Assembly: GCA_009602725.1 (NCBI GenBank)
Contig: WELB01000031.1
Span: 852,007 to 909,885 of the forward strand
DNA from: Spirogloea muscicola
Taxonomy: Eukaryota
DNA: 57,879 nt
Direction of reading: 5' to 3'
The notes below the pieces were generated by a model. It was not told where the DNA came from. It made no database searches and was given only the letters and a program-made list of their open reading frames with translations. Both the position numbers and the translations under genes were made by a program. Positions within the stretch are counted from its first letter, which is position 1. The number at the start of each line of letters is the position of its first letter. This document shows positions 50,118 through 57,879 of the stretch, one piece after another.

Positions 50118-50855
50118 GACCTCCTGCAAGACGCCACGCAGGGTGTGTTCCTGGAGGCCGGCTGCAAGGTGGCAGTGGAGAACTCCACGATCATGGCCAT
50201 CCTGCGGGGCGCCGACGGACAGCTTCACACCCGCCGCGCGGACCTCGTTGCCATCCCGCCCGGAGGAGGTCCGCGTATCATCGCTGATGTGGTGACTGCA
50301 GATTGCATTGATTCGGCCAACCCCGCGAAGTCGGCGACGCTCGTGGGGCACGCGGTCGCTTTTTTGGCGGCTTGGAGTAAGGAGCGCAAGTACCCTGACC
50401 ACCCTCCAGGCGATGCCTTCGCGGCACTGGCCATTGACATACACGGGGCCTTTGGCAGTGGCTGGTTGAATCTCCTCCAGCGGCTTGCCCGGGAGGCCAT
50501 CGAGCGGCGGCAGGTTTCGCCAGGCTTCAATGCTGCCAACTCCCTCGCGCAGGTCTTTCGGATGAGGCTGGCGGTCTCGCTACAGCGCTCTTTCGCTCAT
50601 GCGGTCCACGCGCGCGCTGGCTGTGCTATGGCTGCTGCGTCCGGGTCTCGGCAGAGTGCCGCTTTTCCTGCTCCGAGTTACTCTGCTCTGCTGTTGCTCA
50701 CACGTGGATACGGAGGATCCATCTGCATCTCCCTCTGCACCGTCTTGCACTTTGCAGTGTAGTCCTCTTTGGCACTTCTTTGTTAGGCTTTGAACATTGT
50801 CCATTCTTTTTGGGCTGGCTTTGCCAGGCCTTCTTCTCTATGGGCGGGCACTTTC
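50118..50855 (+). mobile_element. 5'-truncated CRE-like RLE LINE inserted in the 3' LTR
   Basis: Open frame HDLLQD..RRADLV..IIADVVTAD..KERKY..FAALAIDIHGAFG..LAVSLQR; TSD TTCACAC (50111-50117 and 50856-50862). Confidence 0.85.
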
Positions 50856-51769
50856 TTCACACCCCTGGAGGGGGGTTGGTGCGGGGAAGCACAAGGAGCT
50901 TTGGGGGCTGAGGCTCGAGAAGGAGTTCGAACCAGGGAAGCCTACGAGCAGCCTTGCCGCTGCTCGCCGCCGCAGCCGCTGCCGCACTCAGCTGCGGGGC
51001 CTGCTGCACCGGCCTGCACCAAGGAGGTGAAGTCGCCACCGGACGGCGGCGCCACAGGGCCTGTCTTCCGCTATGCTATGCGTTAGTGCTTTCCTGTGTA
51101 GTGGGTTGGCTCCTTTACCCCCTACAGCCGAACTCAACAAGGACTGCTCTCTCTAACTGCGTGTTTAGGGCGAGGTTCCTTACAATTCGGGCCTGCCAGT
51201 TTCAAGGACTTGCCGACAGGATCTCCTTACAAGCAACATTGGACATTATGTCAACATATATTTGAGTACTGCTTGTCGAAACATAAAGGACAGTTTCGAG
51301 ACATACATACCTTTGTGCTTCTGTGCATATATCAGGAAAGTATACAGTACTCAGATTGCACATCAGGAAAAACGGTGGCCTGGCACCCTGCTTACCACAG
51401 GTAACCTCATAGAGCATGTTCCGATGGAAATGAAGTGGGGCAGAAAACTTGTAGGCAGTTGCATATCCTCAGCCCACCTCATCCACATTGCCAAGGATCA
51501 CATCCTCACCGTCCTGCCCGATCTTGTTGTCGATTCTATTGATGGCCTACGGTCTACCATGGAAAAGGCAAAGGACAGATGGATTGACACATGATGCGGC
51601 GTGCTATGAATACAATCAAGTAGCAGGCTTGATGAATGAGTGCATGTTTTACAGTGATAGATACAGACATTCAACGGCCCTTGACAGATAGGGCCAAATA
51701 CACACCACACCTGCCCTTTACAAGCACAGCGTAAGGCTCATATGGCACGCAATTTATTATTGTGTGAAG

Positions 51770-52000
51770 AAGAAAGCCATATCAAGCTTGTACCCACTCT
51801 TGATTGGTGGCACAACTTGGCCTCCCCAAGACAATGGCAGACCCACATCATTGCGCATCTTGTCACGTGTTACAATATTCAACCAGAAGGCCACATCAAC
51901 CTTGTACCCACTCCCGCTTAGTGGCACAAATTGGCTTCCCGAAGACAACAGGAGATTGACATAATTGCGCATCAGTTCACGCATCACGATAGCCAACCGG
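51770..52000. repeat. Diverged ~117-bp tandem duplication of the FMO 3' end
   Basis: AAGCCATATCAAGCTTGTACCCACTC..TGGCACAA..TTGCGCATC recurs as AAGGCCACATCAACCTTGTACCCACTC..TGGCACAA..TTGCGCATC. Confidence 0.7.
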
Positions 52001-53770
52001 ACGGCTCTTCTTGAGTTCTCTGTTGGCGATGTACATACGTTCCCTCCAAGCTGGCAGTGGGGGCAAGCCACAAGCAGCAGCAAGCCAGTCGACATATTGA
52101 AACTGCAATACACAGTTTCTGAGTTACATGCGGCTTCTGAACGACACACTAGCGACATCAAGCATATGCAGCTCTCAGACAATGTCGACAGCTATGATGT
52201 CCAGGTACACGAAAACGCCAGTGGACCAGCCACTGTACCCAAATTCACCTGGTTATTATCCATGCAGTGGTAGTACTTCCGAGGGCAGCCAGCCTCAGCA
52301 ACTCGTGCCTCCTCAGCCGCAACCACCGCTTGCATGTCACATCGAGCAGGAAGCTTTGCAGACCCTGCCAAGACCATTGCTATCCACTTTGATTGCATCT
52401 CACATAGAAGGAAGGGAACCACCTGCATGGAATGCACAAGCAATGTGGCAGAAATGCATTCAAAATTAGCTTGCCTGCTGACTCCAGCACTTTTGGGCAT
52501 ATACTGCTGAGTATCAGTTTGGCGAGACAAGCAGGTTGGCAGTGCATAGCTTCAACGGAGAGTGTAGCAAGATACGACTTCCATTATCACCTTCCAAGGG
52601 AGCCCCACAAAGGACAAGGTGGGAGCAAACGAGGGAGGGAAGACATGCTGGTAGACAGGCGTCACGCAGTTGTCTGCCACTTCAACAGCCCCGTGCACAT
52701 CCAGAAAAGGTAGCGAGTACAGGTACCTGCGACATCCCGGTCGTCACGCTAGCTGCACAGTCAAGCACCGGTGCGGGCTTAAAGCCCGCTTCAGCCATGC
52801 AACATCATCAACAGCATTCACCTTTTCAGCTGTCTTCGCTTCTAACGTCGTGGGGTTGCTCAAGCAGCAGCATTACCCTGTGCAGTGGAGGATGACGTCA
52901 GCATGTGTACAATGCCCATCCCCAAAGGTGACTGTGCCATCAGCACTGGCGCATGTGACCTGCCCCTCGTCCACCACTCGGAGGATGATCAGGAAATGTT
53001 CGAATGCAGGCCCAACGCCACAGAGCCAGTGCTCAGCATCGACCAGCAAGGCACGCTACCTCCAGGAACGAGAGCAGGAGTCAACAGCAAGCTCTGATAC
53101 AGCGGCACTGCCCGAGTGAAGCAAATGTGCATAGAACCGTAGGACGAACCATGGGGCGCCGCCACAGGTTGGGCGGACTCTCCAGCAGGTGAGGCGTGGC
53201 CGCCGTGTCCTGAGGCAGCCAGTGCCGCGAGCAGATGTGCACCTCTCTGGCCAGAGTCGCAACCTCCCGAGCGATGTCTTCGCCGCTGCTCGCCGCACCG
53301 ATGACTACGACAGACTGCTCCCAGCAGCAGAACGATGGCGAGCAGTCAGTCACCGTATTCTCGCGACCCATGAGAGCATCACATGTTGGGCGACCAAGGA
53401 GTGCGGGAGGCGCAGGGCGCTGACCAGGCCGGTGAAGGGCTCAGGGACGCGGTACTCGTGGCTGTGCATCTGGCGGCCCGGCCAGCAGTCGAGGCCTGCC
53501 CGGCGGCGGCCACGAGAGAGCGGCGTTGCGGGGCAGGGCTGGGAGACAGCTGCGGCAGCGGTGGCCGCCAGACCAGGCGGGGCGGCCGGGGCCCCGCAGA
53601 GGCGGGCGGACCTGGGAAGGACGCCAGCCTGGGCTCAGCATAGTGGCCGTTGCACACCACCACGGCGTCGAACTCGCGCACCTCAGTGGCGCCGCCGCTC
53701 TCCGTCGTGACCTGCCACCGCGGGCCGTCGCCGCCGTCGCCGCCGCCGCCGCCGCCGCCGCAGCCGCAGA
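51977..53770 (-). CDS. Flavin-containing monooxygenase (FMO GS-OX-like), N-terminal part absent; partial gene or pseudogene
   Basis: Phase-compatible GT-AG exons at ~53770-53612, 53495-53425, 53314-53150, 52959-52877, 52726-52591, 52422-52249 and 52102-51977. Motifs FDAVVVCNGHY, WPGRQMHSHEYR, VVVIGAASSGEDI, HCTGY, QHVFPP, LSFVGLPWK and QSKWIA. Confidence 0.88.
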
Positions 53771-53771
53771 A

Positions 53772-56233
53772 ATGGAGATCGATCTAGCGCCCGCGGAGGC
53801 ACTCAAGGAGGAGCTCAAGGAGGAGTCCTCGACCTCGGTAGGTCCTGCCGCCCCTTGTGCGCCTGCCCGCACCGCTGACAGCTGGCTGGCCCCCGACGTT
53901 CTGACGAAGGCGCTGACGCGGCGCGCCCGCAGATCGGCGCGTTCGACCCGAGCAAGAAGAAGAAGAAGAAGAAGGTGCGCATAGCGGAGGACGAGGAGCA
54001 GCCCGACGCCGCCAAAGTGGCCGAGAGCCTCGAGGCCGTCTCATGTATGCACAGCTAGAGCTGTCCCCGCGCGCGACGCCGCTGCCGCTGCAGGCTCGGC
54101 ATCGACCCGCTTGCATCTTCACCTGTCGTTACTTCAGAGGCTGTACCGAGCTCCTTGCCATCGCGGTTTGGTCATTACGTATGGGTTTCAGGGCCAGCTT
54201 TGTTGCACAGCACACACATGAGTGCTCTGTCAGCGAGGAGGTTACCTTACAATTGTCTTTCTGACGACCACGCAATGGTGGCACAGTGTCGGAGCCTCCG
54301 AGTGACGCCCTCCTGGGCCTGGGCTTGAAGAAGAAGAAGAAGAAGAAGCCGGTGAGCTCCGCTAGCACCGCCAGGAGGCTTTAGCAGTGGCTTGCCAGCT
54401 TCGAAGCGATATGCTGGTGCGGCTGGTAACACCTTCCGTCTTGGACAGTCCCAACTGCCATGCAACTATCGTCCACCTTGGCGCCCTTTCACGAGGAATT
54501 CCGAGTCGATTGCAGGCTGGTGATGGGGCAGATGAGGGAGTGGGAGACCAGGCAGAGGCAAATGGTGTAGAGGATGGCACTGCTGAGGCAGAAGAGGGCG
54601 TAGACGAGGGCCTTGGCGATCTGTCTTTGCTGAAGAAGAAGAAGAAGAAGGTACCCCGAGATGCGGAGGAGTTGGATGCTGCAGTAGCAGGCCCTGATGA
54701 AGGGGCTACGGAGGAGGAGGATGACAAGGGTGAGCTATATATATATTAAGAAGCCACTTGGCGCTTTGTGCACTGCGTGTCTCAGCACACTATGCATGAC
54801 TGTAGCTGTTGCAAATCATTGTTTAGTGTCTGAGCATTTTATGAGTGCCTGACGTGTTTGAGTGATGTTTGAGTGATGGCCCAACAGGTCTTGATGACGA
54901 GGAGGACGAGGAGTTTGAGGAAGGTGAGGGAATCGAGCTGACAGTCGGTCTACCATGGGAGGGTTCTGATCGGGACTACAAGTATGAAGAGGTGAGGGTT
55001 TCTCGATCTTCAAGTCACAGGTCTACATGTGGATGTTGCAGACAAGAGCAGGCTTTACGTGTTTCTAGCTATAGCTGGCAGGACAATCTTGACACGCATG
55101 CTGCAGGCTTGCCATGTGAATCACGTCCCCTTTTACTCCTGCCCGAGTAGCTGACATGTGACCTCATCGCTGACGTCTGTCCACCTCAATGAGTGCAGCT
55201 CCTCGATAGAGTCTTTGACATCTTGAGAGAAAATAATCCCGAGCTAGCGGGCGAGAAGCGTCGTACTATCATGAGGCCACCCCAGGTACTGCGCGAAGGG
55301 ACCAAGAAAACGGTTTTCGTCAACTTCATGGACCTCTGCAAAACGTAAGGCGTTCTGCTTGTGATGTGCTGGCAGATATCCTTAGGCGCTGATACTGGCA
55401 CGCTGTCACACTTGTGGCTTCAAAGCAGGCTGCCTGACTTGCAGCTGTCTTGTCGTTCCAATGTTACATCATCATCGAGCTGGCTGTGACACAAATTTGC
55501 GATGACGTTTGCAGCATGCATCGGCAGCCCGAGCATGTCATGGCTTTTCTCCTCGCTGAGCTGGGTACAAACGGTTCCCTTGATGGCCAACAACGGCTTG
55601 TCGTGAAGGGTCGATTTGCTCCGAAGAACTTTGAGGGAATTCTTCGGCGATATGTCAGTAAGTGTTCTTTCCTCACTGTATGAATACTGGCTACAATAAC
55701 CAGGCAAAGGACATGTTGCATCTTTTGGGATGCAGAAGCTTTGAGCAGGACAAGCACATCAGCTTTTCTAGTTGGTGTTGTGGAGCTACCTGGCTCACAG
55801 TGGTTCATCTGGTCCGTTGATTCAGATGAATATGTCATGTGCAATGGCTGCAAGAGTCCTGACACCATCTTGTCCAAGGAGAACCGGTTGTTCTTCCTTC
55901 GCTGCGAGCAGGTCAGTGCATGATCATACACTCTCAGTAACGTTCAAGTAAGCTGGTTAGGCTATAAGCAGGGTTAATGTCATGAGAGCAGCCTTGGCTA
56001 TAGATGCTGTGACTGCTTTGCACACGCTCACGCCTGTAACAGCCTTGCAGAAGCCATAGGCTGGGCAAACGAGACCACATGTCGAGATGTTGGGATGAAG
56101 GCTTGGAATGATCAGCAGTCACATGCTTACAAGTCTGTTGGCCGTCTGTGGTGGACAGTGTGGCAGTTCTCGGTCTGTGGCACCCATCAAGGCAGGTTTT
56201 GTGGCCAGGGTCGGGCGGCGTAAAGCTTCCTGA
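53772..56233 (+). CDS. EIF2S2: Eukaryotic translation initiation factor 2 subunit beta, 9 exons, 336 aa
   Basis: Exons 53772-53837, 53933-54044, 54287-54351, 54516-54729, 54888-54991, 55199-55344, 55515-55657, 55826-55911 and 56159-56233, all GT-AG and in phase. [11 protein letters not shown], three K-boxes, [31 protein letters not shown] and zinc finger CNGC..CEQC. Confidence 0.96.
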
Positions 56234-57339
56234 TTTACTAGTCGTAGCGGCCCTGTTCCTACTTGGTATGTCATTTTGTCTGCTGCAACAATCAAGCTCA
56301 GAGCTTGCTTACATTAGACTTGGAGCAGAAGAGGGCTTCCTCTTGCTCCAGCAGCTAGCGTGCTTGCCAAACCCCTTTGGTCTGCGGTGGCAACCTCAAC
56401 CAGAGACTTTGCTTCGCATAGGGCATATCTGCAGGCTCTTCTTTCTCTGCTGTCAACCTAGTCATACATATATCATGTGATTTTAAGCAGAAGCTTGGGC
56501 CGCATGTGGCATGGCCGGCTGCAAGTGCATTCCATTACTCAAAGCTAACGGAAATCTACCGCCTGTGTAGTGTAGAGTACACGGATAACGAGCAGTGTTA
56601 TAGATTTGCACAGTGGCTTCGAGCTACCCCAAGTGGCAGGTTTCGGTTCCCTCAGTTGAAGAGCAAAATTGAACGTGCATTTGGAGTCATGACTCACGGT
56701 AGTCTTACTATGCCTTGTCACTTGGAAAAAGAGTCCCCAGATGGAACCTCGGTGACACCCTTGGCACCACAAAGGTTTCCTGATATGCTGGTGGCGTCTA
56801 CAGTGCTGATGTCGAGGAAAAAGTTGCTCAGTGATACTGACCTGGCGCTGACACTTGACGTGCACTGACAGCCCAAGCTGCGAGGGTGGCCCTGGTTAAC
56901 ATACATACTTCTGTCAGCTATATGTAGAGAGTATGTCCGTCCTGTCTGCTTGCAGGCACCGGTCGACACTGCCCTCTACTTCATGGAGGTGTCCGTATTT
57001 GCAGATCGCTGCTCTTATGATTTGGCTGTCTGATCAGAAACTGATGAGTCGCGCGGTGATTGTGCATTGCCCAATGTCTTGTGCTACGTCTATTCTAGCA
57101 GGCCGCACCTTGGCTGCTGCTTCTGAATTTTTAGCAGGGCGACAATTATCCGCCTTCTAGTTACTCACATCTGCATTTGCTGAATATGGAATACTGAGCA
57201 TCCATTCGCAGAGGTCATGTCATGCTTTGCACCCTGTATCCCATTCCTAATCTAATCTTGAGGCTTTATTGGGCTTCTGGGCTGGCCTCTCATAGCCATC
57301 GACTTACTTTGAAAGAGCTGTTTCTTTGGAGGAAGACTC

Positions 57340-57490
57340 TCAGTCAAAGTGCCATCGCTGTGATTGGCCAGCCCCAAAAAAAGAGTGACCCAATATGAAT
57401 GGGCCAGAGCATCGTTTTGATCGAAGCAAAAAGCTCGCCCAATCTAAGAAGGTGGCTGGGAATGGCCAGCCCAAAAGAATGGACAAGGAC
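57340..57490 (-). repeat. CRE-like LINE 3'-UTR remnants
   Basis: The reverse complement reads TTCTTTTGGGCTGGCCATTCCCAGCCACC..TTGGGCGAGCTTTTTGCTTC. Confidence 0.6.
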
Positions 57491-57559
57491 CAATGAGCCG
57501 AAAGCCGGAAGGCGCTTAAACCACACAGCTATGCACGAGATTCTAGCGGAGGGTAGCTT

Positions 57560-57879
57560 AGTAACCCCAGGTTAGAAGCCGCCACTGAAAAGACAGAGCG
57601 ACGCAGTGGCCACTGGGTGCTCAATACCTGCGGCTGCTCAACCCCTGTTGAGCCCCCTGAGCCAGGGGACATACTTCCAGGAGCATAGTCTCTCTGACCT
57701 GCGACTGTTTAGCAGGGGTTACTGAGTGATTAGTAGCTGCTTTGTTTCTTCTTGTGTGCTTGTCTTTCTTAGTGCTTCACCTAAGTGCTTCGATTAGCCC
57801 CCTTCTTGAACTGTGTTCATTCTTTTTCTTGGGCTGGCTGTTTCAGCCCATATCCTCAATGGGCGAGCCCTTTCTTCCT
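57560..57879 (+). mobile_element. CRE-like LINE 3' end
   Basis: Encodes QGTYFQEHSLSDLRLFSRGY*, compared with QGTHFQEPSFSDLQLLSRGY* at 7404. Ends GGGCTGGCTGTTTCAGCCC..ATGGGCGAGCCCTTTCTTCCT. Confidence 0.8.

Larger units (their letters stand above)
44225..51184 (+). mobile_element. Complete but decayed Ty3/Gypsy chromovirus (family A element 3)
   Basis: 5' LTR 44225-44769; 3' LTR 49893-51184; perfect TSD ATTCG (44220-44224 and 51185-51189); degenerate PBS; PPT GAGTTGGGAGGTA; domain order gag-PR-RT-RH-INT-chromodomain. Confidence 0.93.

Noticed and set aside
51190..51600. 110-aa ORF next to element 3
   Set aside because: No recognisable domain or supported splice structure.

Overview
Eukaryotic, GC-rich nuclear DNA. 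The land-plant-like eIF2-beta sequence, short GT-AG introns and algal-type chromoviruses suggest a streptophyte green alga or similar (inference). About 51 kb is nested, decayed retroelements. These are Ty3/Gypsy chromoviruses (my label family A), including one complete copy at 44225-51184 with an ATTCG target-site duplication (TSD); several LTR families (B, C, F, G) as solo or nested LTRs with 5-bp TSDs; an unclassified repeat (D); and many 5'-truncated CRE-like (restriction-like endonuclease, RLE) non-LTR retrotransposons. 32806-36908 is repeated at 36910-41012 across a single N, almost certainly an assembly overlap. Two host genes lie at the right end: an intact 9-exon eIF2-beta gene (+) with three poly-Lys boxes, and a 5'-truncated FMO GS-OX-like gene (-) fused head-to-head with it at a (GCC)n tract. 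The most interesting signals are: (1) an extra domain between Gag and protease in all three family A copies that resembles a catalytically dead Dam-like adenine methyltransferase; (2) a 145-bp foldback mini-element built from two U3 ends of an LTR; (3) a CRE LINE family with a TTC tail, TSDs beginning TTC and a conserved 3' stem-loop; and (4) an inversion traceable through a split TSD. All calls were made by eye; no searches were run.
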